From IMG/VR virus record IMGVR_UViG_3300024239_000017: a stretch of DNA of 64,000 nt. One strand, written 5' to 3'. Of the stretch, positions 38,306-49,141 are shown in pieces. The DNA comes from a virus. A program made the translations under genes and the position numbers. The notes beneath the pieces are model-generated. The model was not told the origin of the DNA. It did not search any database and saw nothing but the letters and a program-made list of their open reading frames with translations. Each line of letters starts with the position of its first letter. Position 1 is the stretch's first letter.

Positions 38306-40096
38306 TTATTGAAAGTATCTGTTTAAGAAACCTGCTCTTCTAGCTCCTTTAGATAATTCTATCATTACAACGTTTTCTGGATAAGGCAACCATACTGCTG
38401 AACTGTTATAAGCCCAATATGATTGTCCTAATACTTTACTTGAAGAAATAATATTAGAAGTTTTTCCTTTATCCCATCTACCGTTTTCATAACCTTTGAA
38501 TGTCATACCTGCGCTAGGTCTAACTAAATATAAGTTATCTTTTACTCTACTAGAACCGTCTAACATTGATGCTCCGTCAATACCTTTGTTATTGTTAGAG
38601 TATTCTTGACTCTTAACATCCCAAATGATTAGTGAATGAGAAGTCCAATCTCTACCGTGAGGTAATTGACCTTTGTATTCTAATGGATTACCAGATAAAT
38701 AGTCTAATGCTGGATTATGTTTGATTGAAACTTTTCCTGCTATACCAATTAAAGGAACTGCTACAAATCTAAGTAAAGATTTAATTTCAAGTTCGTTTAA
38801 GCTCTTTCCTCCTACTAAAGAAGTTCTAAGATTTTCAGGTAGTAATCCTTTATCAGAACCAAATATAGTTGCAAATAAACCTGCTTGAGTTAAAACATTG
38901 AATTGTTGTTGAATTTCGTCTTGGAATAGTAACAATACATTTTTCTCTGCATCTGTACCACCTTCAAATACGATTTCTCTTTCTTCCCAAGGTAATGTAG
39001 GATTATTTCTATAAGTATATTCTACTGCTTCAGCAATGTGTGCTTTGGTAATACCCATGAACTTAGGAATAGTAATAATTTTACCTCTTCTAAGTTGATG
39101 CCATAGACCTTCATTTAAATAGCTGATTGCTCCGTTTGTAGATCTAATTTGCCCTTGTCTTTGCCACATGTGTGAAGTAGCTGTTCTCTTCATTAGGGTT
39201 CTTTCTACTAAGAATTCCATTAATGAAGTAGCTCTTAAGTTAGGTAATTCGTCATCTTTTCTACCAAAAATTACTGTATTAGCAGAATTATCACCGTTAG
39301 CATATTTATCTCTATATGCCGCCATAGCTTTTTCTGTTTCATTATCTTTACCATTAACAGCATTTAATCCTGCATTAATAGCATCAGCATAAGCAGTAAC
39401 GAAACCTTCAATACCTCTTATCCCTCCTAATTTAAATCTTGCTCTAAGTACACCTGTTGGTTGTCCTGTTGGCATATCTACACCTGGGAATTGAGTACCA
39501 TATTCTACGTTAGCGTTGTTAATTTTGAAATAGCTAATACCAGCTTCTAGTAACGCTGGATTATAGTATTTACCTGCTCCTGTAGCGGTAAGAGTAACTG
39601 TTGTTCTCCATCCTTCACCATTAAGTTCTGAAGCTTCTGAACTGATTACATACAATTGATCTTCGTCTCCATAAGGGTCTGTACCAATTATTTCAGTTGG
39701 ATAACATTTTTCAGAAAGAATAATGTCAAATGTAGATTCATCAATACCAGGGTAATCTCCTGCTTCATTTACAGTAGAAGCAATAGTTCTCATACCTTGT
39801 TTTGGATCATAGAAAGGTTTATCATATGTAAACTCACCATTGAATCCTTCTACAAGCAATTCAGAACCTTTTTCTAACAACTTAGTGATCATAGGATAAG
39901 ATTCTTTACCCTGCATTCCCCAAGAAGATAGTAGACCTAAGTGGTATCTGTTTTCCTCTTCGTTATATAAATACTCATTTCTATCAAGCATTCCTTGGAA
40001 TGCAGCAGATCTAGTACCGTATTTTTTACCTTGTACTATTTTAATAATTTCCTCACCATTGATATGAGTGGGAAAGTTCTGTCTTTGTACGCTCAT
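38306..40096 (-). CDS. Major capsid protein
   Basis: 596 aa; order terminase-portal-x-scaffold-MCP; NEGLWHQL, HNPALD and VWLPYPE..IEL motifs. Confidence 0.8.
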   Translation of the reverse strand: MSVQRQNFPTHINGEEIIKIVQGKKYGTRSAAFQGMLDRNEYLYNEEENRYHLGLLSSWGMQGKESYPMITKLLEKGSELLVEGFNGEFTYDKPFYDPKQGMRTIASTVNEAGDYPGIDESTFDIILSEKCYPTEIIGTDPYGDEDQLYVISSEASELNGEGWRTTVTLTATGAGKYYNPALLEAGISYFKINNANVEYGTQFPGVDMPTGQPTGVLRARFKLGGIRGIEGFVTAYADAINAGLNAVNGKDNETEKAMAAYRDKYANGDNSANTVIFGRKDDELPNLRATSLMEFLVERTLMKRTATSHMWQRQGQIRSTNGAISYLNEGLWHQLRRGKIITIPKFMGITKAHIAEAVEYTYRNNPTLPWEEREIVFEGGTDAEKNVLLLFQDEIQQQFNVLTQAGLFATIFGSDKGLLPENLRTSLVGGKSLNELEIKSLLRFVAVPLIGIAGKVSIKHNPALDYLSGNPLEYKGQLPHGRDWTSHSLIIWDVKSQEYSNNNKGIDGASMLDGSSRVKDNLYLVRPSAGMTFKGYENGRWDKGKTSNIISSSKVLGQSYWAYNSSAVWLPYPENVVMIELSKGARRAGFLNRYFQ

Positions 40097-40128
40097 TATT
40101 TTATATCGTTTTTAAAAATTTTTATTGG

Positions 40129-40157
40129 AAAAATCCCACAAAATTTTTAAGTGGGAT
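40129..40157 (-). terminator. Terminator-like hairpin just upstream of MCP
   Basis: atcccac/gtgggat stem with short U run. Confidence 0.5.
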
Positions 40158-40163
40158 ATTATA

Positions 40164-41330
40164 TTATAATCCTAGTTCTTTAAGGAACTCTTCATCTACA
40201 TCTGAAGTTTTACCAGAATTACTACTCTGTTTAGAACCATTTTCTTTTGGTTTAACATTAACTAATTCTAAGAAATTTCTAGAAGTCTCTACTTTAACTT
40301 TAGACGTTGCTGTTTTGATAAAATCTTCTTCATCTAATAAAAAGTGTAATAATTTTGCTTCAAAAGCTTTATCACTCATTTTATCTTTTATAAGTCTTTC
40401 GTAATGAAACTTTCCTTTTTCATCTTTCGAGAATCTAAGTTTAAGCATTTCTTTAGAAAACTTATCATTAAAGTTTTTATCTTTAAGAACTTGTTTTAAT
40501 GACTTAATATCTTCTTCTAACTGTTTTCTTTCTTCTATAATAGAGTTTTGTTTTTCAAGCTTTCTTCTTTCAATTTCTCTATTAAAATTATCAACTGTTA
40601 TTTTTTGATATTCTTCTGCCTTATCAATAAGTCTATATTCTTTTTTAAGTTTATCTACTACAGCATCTATAGAATCTGGGTGATAATTGTCTATTTCAAC
40701 CAAGCATTGTTTTACAAATGCCTCAGCAACCCTATCACCATCTTTAATACTTGTAAAATCTATTTTTTGTAAAGGTTCTATTATGTCTTTATTATATTCA
40801 AGTAGATCTGTATAGTCTATATCATGTAAAATAGCATTTACTAGTTTTACTTTTGTACTTTCTTTATCACCTACTTTAATATACTCTGATTTAAGAACTT
40901 CTTCTTTATAATTTTTTTGTGCTAGTGCTAATAAATCAAAAAGTTCTTTAGATGGTTTTTCTTTACTAATTAAATCAGTGATATTTTCGTACTCTTTATC
41001 ATTGTATTTAATAGGCATATCTACCCATATATCATTCTCTATAAGAGAATTGATAGTGTCTTTTACACCAAATCTTTTAGATGTTTTTTCTAGCTCTTCT
41101 TCCGATAGATCTGTTTTTTCTATCTCTTGTGTACCTTCTTCGTCTCCTTCTTCATTATCTTCAGATTTTTTTTCAGGATCTTTCTTGTCGGTATCTTTTT
41201 CTGTAATATCTCCGAATAATTCTTTTTCTAAATCATCCTGTACAATATTACTTTCTTTATTTTCACTTACTTCTGTGAAAATTTCTTTTAAAAAATCTTC
41301 ATCTGAGATTATATTGGTTTCTTTATCCAT
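40164..41330 (-). CDS. Acidic scaffolding-like protein
   Basis: E/D-rich N-terminus, coiled coil, immediately upstream of MCP. Confidence 0.6.
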   Translation of the reverse strand: MDKETNIISDEDFLKEIFTEVSENKESNIVQDDLEKELFGDITEKDTDKKDPEKKSEDNEEGDEEGTQEIEKTDLSEEELEKTSKRFGVKDTINSLIENDIWVDMPIKYNDKEYENITDLISKEKPSKELFDLLALAQKNYKEEVLKSEYIKVGDKESTKVKLVNAILHDIDYTDLLEYNKDIIEPLQKIDFTSIKDGDRVAEAFVKQCLVEIDNYHPDSIDAVVDKLKKEYRLIDKAEEYQKITVDNFNREIERRKLEKQNSIIEERKQLEEDIKSLKQVLKDKNFNDKFSKEMLKLRFSKDEKGKFHYERLIKDKMSDKAFEAKLLHFLLDEEDFIKTATSKVKVETSRNFLELVNVKPKENGSKQSSNSGKTSDVDEEFLKELGL

Positions 41331-41364
41331 TGCAAATATATGTATATTTTATTAATTAAGCAAA
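41331..41364 (-). promoter_or_regulatory. Promoter for scaffold/MCP
   Basis: TTTG-N20-TATATTTG-CA-ATG. Confidence 0.7.
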
Positions 41365-41418
41365 TATGTTATTTTTTAAATTAAGGTTAAAAAATTTTTA
41401 ATATTATAAAAACACGGA

Positions 41419-41835
41419 TTACTCTTTAGAATCCGTGTTTTTAGACACTTCTGAGAAGTGAATTGCTGTATTATTTTGAATGTTTTTAAAATGAATTCCT
41501 TCTAAAAAATTTTTTAATTCTGCATAAGCAACACCCTTTTCAGATATACTATATTCAAAACTAGGATTCAATACTGTTCTATCAAAATCAAGTATTTTTC
41601 TTACTTTACCTTCTTCAATATCCTTTTGTTTAGGATTTTTTACAATATTACCACTTTCGTTAATAAAACTGTATTTAAATTTTGAATCTGTTTTTATTTC
41701 CTCTCTAGTTAATCTATCGAATACATTAATTAAATCTAATAAAAACAATCCGTCAATTTCTACTTTTTTACCTCCTTCGTAGGTAAATTCTCTAGGGTTA
41801 AAGTTTTCTGTGTTTTTCTGTTCTTTGTTTTCCAT
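41419..41835 (-). CDS. Conserved hypothetical protein between portal and scaffold
   Basis: 138-aa ORF; synteny. Confidence 0.6.
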   Translation of the reverse strand: MENKEQKNTENFNPREFTYEGGKKVEIDGLFLLDLINVFDRLTREEIKTDSKFKYSFINESGNIVKNPKQKDIEEGKVRKILDFDRTVLNPSFEYSISEKGVAYAELKNFLEGIHFKNIQNNTAIHFSEVSKNTDSKE

Positions 41836-41846
41836 ATTTTAAAATT

Positions 41847-44663
41847 TTAATTTTTATTTATCAATGAGTCTCTATTTTTAGAATCAGCTACATACTTCAT
41901 AGTAGCCAATTTTTCTCTTTCTAAATCAAGCTTATCTTTTTCTAATAATATATTATCAGCTTTTATTTTGAAATTATTATAAGTTTCATTCAATTTATTC
42001 TTAAGTTCACTTAATTTAGCATTATTTCTATTTTCTACATCTTGTTGTTTTAAAGAAATTTCAGCCGCTTTTTGTATTACGTCAAAAGATGTTGTATCTG
42101 CTTTTTTATCTGCGGCTCTACCTAATGCTGTTAGTTTTGATTCCTCTATTCCAGCATCTATTTTTCTATTCTCAAGTTCTAATTCTTCTTTTCTAATTAA
42201 ATTTTCATTCTTTATTCTCATAGCCTCCATTTTCTCGTCATGTTGCATTTTTTCTCTCTGCATTTTTTCCATATAAGATCTTGCATTTTTTGCAGCATTT
42301 CTAAGTTCCATGAAATCATCTGACATAAATAATTCTATCGTAGCTAACGCATCATTACCCATAGTATTATTATTTATTAGAGTCTGTCTTAATTGTTGGA
42401 ATAACATATTCTTACTAGGATTATATGTAGCTCTTACATCAATTTGTCTTAGGTCGAAATACTCGTCTTTAATAGAATGTAAAAACTCAAGCTCATTGTT
42501 AGAAGCCATATATAAATAATTAGCATCTTTATTGTTTATCTGACAATATTGCGCTACAGTTATATGTACTTCTGTGTTAGATCTTTTATTCTCCATTAGA
42601 ACCTGATCTATATTATATGTTTGAGCAAAGTAAGCCTTTTGTCCTACTTGTATACCTTCCGTTGTTGCATATTGACTAGGTGAACCCATAGATGTAGGGG
42701 TGAGACCTAAAGTTTCATATGCCATCCATTTGTATTTTTCGGCTAGTAATATATTTCTATTTATAGGTTCATTAAAATTAGCACTTTGATAACTCATAGG
42801 ATTAAAACTAAGACCACCGTTTTGGTTTAAAGTATTTCTACTATAGTCTGTTGGGAATAATCCAAGTGTTTGTGCAACATTTCTAACCTTAAGAAGGGCG
42901 TCATCTCCGTCTTCCATTCCAAAATATTCAGAAGGAATAGAGTTAACATCCATTACTAAGAATGCTCCTATTTCTTTTTCTAAATAATTTTGTGTTTGAT
43001 TCATAAAAAAGTTAAAAGCTATTTGATAAGGTCTTATTATTTTACAATAACTATTCCCTATATAACCTGTTACAGGAAGTTTTACATCAAATATATTTCC
43101 TTTCTCACCTTTTATTTGGAATCCTAATTCTTCTACTTTATATATGTCGTCCTCTAATCCTATCCCAGATACTTTTATTTTTATTCCTTTATATACTATC
43201 GGGGTATCTATCCATATTATTGTATTCTCTTTTTCTTCTTCAGGTAATTTGTCATAATCCTTTAAAGATATTTTTTTAAGATTTTTTATATCATATTCGT
43301 TTAGAACGTCTCTTAAAATATCTTCGTCTACTTCTACAACATTTAAAGCACCTGATTGTGTTCTGTATGTAAGAATTCCTATTTTTTTACTTCCTTTCCA
43401 ATATACTTCTGTAGTTTGTATAGTATCTGTTCTTATCTGAATATCATTTCTCAATTTTTGAGATAACTTCGCTCCATATCCTATTGCCCTATCATAAATT
43501 GGTACAGAATAAGAAGGTCTAGTTTCACCTGTTTCTAAATCTGTGCTTTCAGATAAAGGTATTCCTGTAGCTTCTTCAAATTCTAATGCCAATAAATGAT
43601 CTGAGTATCCTTTAAAAGGAACCTGCATTCTTTCAAACATATTATCACCTAGAACTGGTACTGATTTTTCATGGTTTGTAATATTTGTACTTTCAGTGTA
43701 ATCTACGCCAAAATATGATTTATATATAGCTATTCTTTCACTTTCAGATAATATATCACCATAAGTATTTATCAAATCTGTTACAGTATACCACTTAACT
43801 CTTCCTACGAATTCTGCGTCTTCCATTCTTTTTATAGAATCCTCTTTAGAGTGAAATACTTCTAAAGGATGCCAATATTCAGGATAATAGTAGTCATGAC
43901 CTATTCTATAGTGTCTGGCTGATTTACCTACAAGTAATATATCTCTTGCTTCCATTGACTCTAAAATATTCATTCTGAATCTTTCATAGTCTCTATTCCA
44001 AGTTTTTTCCGCCCATTGGGCAGCCTCAGTTTTAAAATTTTTCTTTAAATCGCTATCAACTTTTTCTGGAAAATTTTCATTTATAACAGCATCTATCTGT
44101 TGTTGATATTGATTATATTCCTCCTCTGAAGCAAAATCCTCTTTTATATCTATTCCATTTAAAAGAAGTAATTTATTTAATTGTTTTTGAAATAACGCTT
44201 CAGAATATTTTGAAAGCCTATTAGTTCTTTCTTGTAAATATTCGTTTGTTGATATTGGGTCTGTAGTATCAAATCTAAGTTTATCATACTGCATAGACCA
44301 TTCGCCAACAATTTTAGAAACAACAGGATACATTAGATCCCAATGTTTTAAATATGATGGTAAATTTAATTCTTCTTTTTTAAAATCTTTTATATAACTA
44401 TATAAAATATCAGTATCCTCGTCAACAAGGTCTATATATGCCATGTCACCAGAGATCATTTTATAATAGTCTGTCATTGGTAAATTTTCTATAAATTGTT
44501 TTATACCCTCTCTTTCAAGTGAATCTAAACAATTTTTTTCCCAATCTTTATTTTTTTTATTTTTAGGTATAGCTTGTGGAGGTAATACAGCACCTTTTAT
44601 AGATGAACCTGCCATTCCTCTGTAATAACCATACTCCTGTCCAAAAACAGTTGAACTACTCAT
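41847..44663 (-). CDS. Portal protein; start re-assigned to 44663 (MSSSTV)
   Basis: LPPQAIP..KNKDWEK, HWDLMYPVVSKIVGE, IRPYQIAFN, C-terminal coiled barrel; follows TerL. Confidence 0.85.
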   Translation of the reverse strand: MSSSTVFGQEYGYYRGMAGSSIKGAVLPPQAIPKNKKNKDWEKNCLDSLEREGIKQFIENLPMTDYYKMISGDMAYIDLVDEDTDILYSYIKDFKKEELNLPSYLKHWDLMYPVVSKIVGEWSMQYDKLRFDTTDPISTNEYLQERTNRLSKYSEALFQKQLNKLLLLNGIDIKEDFASEEEYNQYQQQIDAVINENFPEKVDSDLKKNFKTEAAQWAEKTWNRDYERFRMNILESMEARDILLVGKSARHYRIGHDYYYPEYWHPLEVFHSKEDSIKRMEDAEFVGRVKWYTVTDLINTYGDILSESERIAIYKSYFGVDYTESTNITNHEKSVPVLGDNMFERMQVPFKGYSDHLLALEFEEATGIPLSESTDLETGETRPSYSVPIYDRAIGYGAKLSQKLRNDIQIRTDTIQTTEVYWKGSKKIGILTYRTQSGALNVVEVDEDILRDVLNEYDIKNLKKISLKDYDKLPEEEKENTIIWIDTPIVYKGIKIKVSGIGLEDDIYKVEELGFQIKGEKGNIFDVKLPVTGYIGNSYCKIIRPYQIAFNFFMNQTQNYLEKEIGAFLVMDVNSIPSEYFGMEDGDDALLKVRNVAQTLGLFPTDYSRNTLNQNGGLSFNPMSYQSANFNEPINRNILLAEKYKWMAYETLGLTPTSMGSPSQYATTEGIQVGQKAYFAQTYNIDQVLMENKRSNTEVHITVAQYCQINNKDANYLYMASNNELEFLHSIKDEYFDLRQIDVRATYNPSKNMLFQQLRQTLINNNTMGNDALATIELFMSDDFMELRNAAKNARSYMEKMQREKMQHDEKMEAMRIKNENLIRKEELELENRKIDAGIEESKLTALGRAADKKADTTSFDVIQKAAEISLKQQDVENRNNAKLSELKNKLNETYNNFKIKADNILLEKDKLDLEREKLATMKYVADSKNRDSLINKN

Positions 44664-44680
44664 TATTAATAATTTTATTT

Positions 44681-44728
44681 TGTAAAAGTACAAAAAAGTT
44701 TTTAAATATCAAAAAGTATTAATAATTT
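44681..44728 (-). promoter_or_regulatory. Diverged copy of the late-type promoter cassette
   Basis: Shares aaaagta..caaaaagtattaata with 6098 and 18740. Confidence 0.55.
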
Positions 44729-44738
44729 AGTTAATATT

Positions 44739-47378
44739 TTAATATTTAGAGAACCCTTTTGTATTTGTTAAACCTCTAGTTACTTTATATTTATTATCTT
44801 TTTTTGTTTCTTTGTTAGGATCTCTAGGCTTTTTTCTATTTTTTATATACTGGTATGTTCTATCATAATATGTTGCTAATGTTAATGCTAGTCCAAAACT
44901 TCTAATTCTATCCGCGTTTTTACCTTTTTTGTATCTGTATAACTCTTCCAGTAACATTTCGGCATTAATTCTATCTACGCCAGATAAATCTTGAATATCT
45001 CCTATAACTATATTTTCTTCTTTAGTATATCTAACTATCTTTTGGTTAAGATGGTATATATTATGATCTGTTGGGTGCCATCCCCATTTTCTATTTAAAT
45101 TCCTATGCAAGTTATCTTCTGATGCGAGCCCTATGCCTGTAGAAACATGTATATGAAGATCTTCTGGATGATTATCCTCTAAATATTCTATAAATCCATT
45201 ATCTGCGTTTTCATGTAAAAATCTAGCATTATATATTTTCATAAGCATATATAATACTTTATAATAGTCTTTTTTTCTCTCTGGTCTAGAATCATATGTT
45301 GCAACTATTCTATTTGCCCATTCCCCACCTTCATAACCTCTTTTAAAAACTGTTGCTGACATAACAGAGTCTCCGTCTGTTTTATCATGCTTAACGTCGT
45401 CAAATCCTATTACATATAAACCTAATGGTGGTTTTGAATCACTTAATAAAGGATTCTCCATCATCACAACAGGAGCATCTATACTGGCTCCTTTATAAGG
45501 ATAATCGGTTATAATCTTTTCATTAGGAACCATATCTGCATATATTTCTCCATTTAATGAATGTAATCTATATTTCTGACCATTAAGACCGTTTTCCTTT
45601 ATTATTTCTTTTCTTTTTTTACATTCTTGACCTGGGAATATATTTATTTCAGCAGTTGTGTAACAATCCTCTGGATCTAATGGGAACGAGTTTACTTCAC
45701 CAGCTAATAACGTTATGTCCTTTGATACTTTCTCTCTTTTTTCATTGAAAAAGTTCATTCCTTTTTCCCAATCTGTTACTTTAATATCTATATCATTCAG
45801 TTTTGTAAAAGTAGAATCATCTATTTTTATATTACCACTTCTAAGGAATTCACCAAAAGGCTTAGATATTTTATCTGGTGCTTCTAAAGACATTTGAGCA
45901 GGTACAAAAAAACCAAAATCATTTCTTTTCCATGTTATGAAATCTGGATCTACAAATTCTTCTAAGAAATCCCAATCCATAGTTAATATAGAATACATTT
46001 CAGGATTTTTTAACATTAATTCCGCATCAACAGATAATTCCCCTTCACCTGCTGTACCAGATATTAATGGAACAAGTCTCCATTTTCCATTTTCACCACC
46101 TGCAAATGATGGCATCGCTGCTTTCCAAATAGGTATACATTTACCTTTACCTGCTTCATCTAATAAAAATATATCTGGTGTAAATGCCGCTGCTTTTTGA
46201 GAACCTCTTTTTGTTGTTCCTCCCTCTAAATTCACAACAGTCAATTCTCCAAATTTATAAATATCTTGCGCTCTTTTCCCTTTTATACCAAGTGATATAC
46301 CTTGATCTATATCTATGGAATTTGCGTTTACTTTTAAAGCTGGAAACATATTTAAAATAGCATCGTTTGAATAATTAATCAATGCTAATAAATCAGGTAC
46401 TTTTGAAAATCCTTGTATAGTCCCTTGTGCGTTATTTATAGTCCATAAACCATGTAATAGTTTTGATGTCATACCAACACTCTTGGCAAATCTTCTAGAA
46501 CCATATGAAAATACAGCATGTCTTCCATATTCATCAGAGGCTGCTTTTTGATTCATATAATCAAAAAAGAATTCATTGTCCCTAAACTGTGCTACTTTTA
46601 TTGATTTATCGCTACCTTTACCATAAGCTAATTTGAAAATATTTATATGCCAATATAACCAATTTGACAAATGATAACCTCCTATATTTACACCATTTTT
46701 TATCTTGTTAAACTCTTCTTCCCAAAATTGTATTGTTGATTTTTCCTGATCAAAAAAATGTTTTTTAGGGTTATAAGTAGGAATATCCTTTTCTTTCATG
46801 TTTATGAGAAGTTCATTGGATGTGGCGGGATTTATACTTGGAGCTCTAAAATCTATCTCTAATAAATCTGTCTTATCTTTTATTATAGGTATTTCGTTAC
46901 AAAGTTGCTCCCTCATTACAAGAGGGGCTTTAGCATTACCAAAAAATATATCTAATTCTTTTTTATCATTTTCACTAAGATTTAATTTTGATAAACTTAC
47001 TTTTGTCTTAGTTATTAACGCAAATAAGTCCGAATGAAATTCAACATCGGACTCAGATGAGTTGATATGTATAGGAAATAATTTCTTATACTCAACTATT
47101 GTATTTATATGTCTTTCTATTATATCAGAAGTAAATTTTAAAAAATCTATTACTTTTTTATTATTAATATCGTCTTTAATATCTTCTTTAAATTTCTCAA
47201 TTCCTTTTGTTATTGTTGATATTATAGATACTTCTGTTTGTAGTTTTGATGATTCTAATTTATTTTTAGTTTTATTATATTTTACGTCATCAAACCAATA
47301 ATTTAAATCTAAAAAGTTTTTATAATTTTCAAACTCTTCTTTATACATAGAAAGAATTATTTTTCCTTCTTCTGTCAT
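44739..47378 (-). CDS. terL: Terminase large subunit
   Basis: GSRRFAKS Walker A, FLLDEAGK Walker B, GTAG motif III, YVIGFDD and NADRI nuclease motifs. Confidence 0.9.
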   Translation of the reverse strand: MTEEGKIILSMYKEEFENYKNFLDLNYWFDDVKYNKTKNKLESSKLQTEVSIISTITKGIEKFKEDIKDDINNKKVIDFLKFTSDIIERHINTIVEYKKLFPIHINSSESDVEFHSDLFALITKTKVSLSKLNLSENDKKELDIFFGNAKAPLVMREQLCNEIPIIKDKTDLLEIDFRAPSINPATSNELLINMKEKDIPTYNPKKHFFDQEKSTIQFWEEEFNKIKNGVNIGGYHLSNWLYWHINIFKLAYGKGSDKSIKVAQFRDNEFFFDYMNQKAASDEYGRHAVFSYGSRRFAKSVGMTSKLLHGLWTINNAQGTIQGFSKVPDLLALINYSNDAILNMFPALKVNANSIDIDQGISLGIKGKRAQDIYKFGELTVVNLEGGTTKRGSQKAAAFTPDIFLLDEAGKGKCIPIWKAAMPSFAGGENGKWRLVPLISGTAGEGELSVDAELMLKNPEMYSILTMDWDFLEEFVDPDFITWKRNDFGFFVPAQMSLEAPDKISKPFGEFLRSGNIKIDDSTFTKLNDIDIKVTDWEKGMNFFNEKREKVSKDITLLAGEVNSFPLDPEDCYTTAEINIFPGQECKKRKEIIKENGLNGQKYRLHSLNGEIYADMVPNEKIITDYPYKGASIDAPVVMMENPLLSDSKPPLGLYVIGFDDVKHDKTDGDSVMSATVFKRGYEGGEWANRIVATYDSRPERKKDYYKVLYMLMKIYNARFLHENADNGFIEYLEDNHPEDLHIHVSTGIGLASEDNLHRNLNRKWGWHPTDHNIYHLNQKIVRYTKEENIVIGDIQDLSGVDRINAEMLLEELYRYKKGKNADRIRSFGLALTLATYYDRTYQYIKNRKKPRDPNKETKKDNKYKVTRGLTNTKGFSKY

Positions 47379-47815
47379 TATAGTATATTAATAGCGCTAG
47401 AAATTGATTTTTTAAATACTTTGAATTTTTTATCTAATTCTTTCTTGTTTTTTTCTACTAAAATATTATCTTCATTTGGAACAAATTCCAAATTAAAAGG
47501 TTTAAAATTAGAAATAAAACTTAATAATTTATCAGATTTGTTTAATGTAGATAAGTCTAGTTCAATATTATTTTTTTTACAAAAATGTATAAAATAAGCT
47601 ATTTCAGTAAAAATATTCTGTAAATCTAATGATATTTGAGAAATTTTAAAGTATAAATAAAGCTGTTCTTCATTAAGACTTGTTATAAATTCATTAATAT
47701 CATTATTTTCATTACCAGAAAACATTTCTGAAAAAACTTGTTTATTTTTATCTGTCTCCTGTATATAAATAATAGACTTTTCTATAAGGGATTCTAATTG
47801 TTTTTGTGGATCCAT
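47378..47815 (-). CDS. Hypothetical protein upstream of terL
   Basis: Coupled 145-aa ORF. Confidence 0.55.
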   Translation of the reverse strand: MDPQKQLESLIEKSIIYIQETDKNKQVFSEMFSGNENNDINEFITSLNEEQLYLYFKISQISLDLQNIFTEIAYFIHFCKKNNIELDLSTLNKSDKLLSFISNFKPFNLEFVPNEDNILVEKNKKELDKKFKVFKKSISSAINIL

Positions 47816-47817
47816 AA

Positions 47818-48027
47818 TTAACTTTCTATTAATTGTGTTCTTTGTATGTGTTTTAATAGTTCTTCGTCAGTCATGTCAAACAGATCACTATTTTTTATAT
47901 TTCTTGTTACAGCATAAAGCACCTTACTAAAAGGTAATTCTTCATTACCTAATATGCCTTCTACTTCACTATTAGCTTCGTTCATTTTATTATATAGAAG
48001 CTGTAATTCCATTATGATTTCAGTCAT
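47818..48027 (-). CDS. Small hypothetical protein
   Basis: Coupled ORF; LFDMTDEELL motif. Confidence 0.55.
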   Translation of the reverse strand: MTEIIMELQLLYNKMNEANSEVEGILGNEELPFSKVLYAVTRNIKNSDLFDMTDEELLKHIQRTQLIES

Positions 48028-48389
48028 TATTTATTAATTATTAAATTAAATTTTATTGTTTTTCCATTATCTAATTGTAACGAGAAATATTTACTAACAT
48101 CTTTTTTAACTTCTTTATTGTTAAAATAAACATGTACTATATAATAATCGTCTACTTTTTTAAAAGTTGGTCGTGTACATCCACATGATGCTCCAGCTTT
48201 TATAATATTTACATTATCTTTAAAAGATAATTGTAGATTACATTCTGTAATATCATCTTTGGTTTTTTCACCAAAATCTAATATTATATATCCTTTTACT
48301 TCATCAAAACCCTCTTCTTTATAAGTTACTGCTATTTGAGGATTCAAACTTTTTAATTCATAATAAGAAGTTACTACTAAATTTTCCAT
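48027..48389 (-). CDS. DUF1573-like Ig-fold protein (SCGCT)
   Basis: LDFGE..ASCGCT.P signature. Confidence 0.65.
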   Translation of the reverse strand: MENLVVTSYYELKSLNPQIAVTYKEEGFDEVKGYIILDFGEKTKDDITECNLQLSFKDNVNIIKAGASCGCTRPTFKKVDDYYIVHVYFNNKEVKKDVSKYFSLQLDNGKTIKFNLIINK

Positions 48390-48390
48390 A

Positions 48391-48657
48391 TTAAATATTT
48401 TCCCATTTATTTATTACACATTTCTCTCTAATTTCTGATGCTTTAGCTTTTATTTCACAGCCACATAAAGTGCAGAATGGATTGAAAAAATTTAAAAAAT
48501 ATAATATTTTTTCTTTGAAAGTTTTATCTTTTTTATTTTTTGAGTTAAAAACACATCCTTCACATGTTTTCAATCTTTTTACATACCATTCTTCATTTTT
48601 CATCGCATATTTTCCATATACTTTTGAAACTATTATTGTTTTAATTTTGTTAATCAT
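48391..48657 (-). CDS. Small Cys-rich Zn-finger-like protein
   Basis: RLKTCEGC..CTLCGCEIKAK..CVINKW. Confidence 0.65.
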   Translation of the reverse strand: MINKIKTIIVSKVYGKYAMKNEEWYVKRLKTCEGCVFNSKNKKDKTFKEKILYFLNFFNPFCTLCGCEIKAKASEIREKCVINKWENI

Positions 48658-49141
48658 CTTGTATAAAAAATTCTTTTAATTTTTTGTTTTCTGAAAATTC
48701 TCTATCTTCTTCGAAAAAAGCATTGTTTTGTATATCTGCTAATTCCCTTGCTGTATAAAAAGGAGGTTTTTCTTTTAATATTTCTTTTGAATACTTTCTT
48801 TTTGATACACCATACTTCAGTATTATAGGTACTGATTTTTCATGAACGATATATTTACAAACGTCTTTTATATTTGAAATTTCTTTAAGTTTAATTTCTT
48901 TATATTTTTTTAGTCTTTTTGTTCTCATATTCCTTTTCATTTTTGGAACACTTATGTACATTTCACCTAATTTTGGAAATGAAACAGTACATTGAGATGT
49001 TTCATTTGAAATATGATTTAAAAAATCTAACCATATTTTATATGTATTTTTTACATCTTTTATATCAATATTTAACTCTTTAGATACTTCTAATAGTATG
49101 TCTGAGTCTAGTACTACTTTAAGTTTTTTTGGAAACAGCAT
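48650..49141 (-). CDS. HU/IHF-like DNA-binding protein
   Basis: ILLEVSKELNIDIKDVK..VSFPKLGEMYI. Confidence 0.6.
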   Translation of the reverse strand: MLFPKKLKVVLDSDILLEVSKELNIDIKDVKNTYKIWLDFLNHISNETSQCTVSFPKLGEMYISVPKMKRNMRTKRLKKYKEIKLKEISNIKDVCKYIVHEKSVPIILKYGVSKRKYSKEILKEKPPFYTARELADIQNNAFFEEDREFSENKKLKEFFIQDD

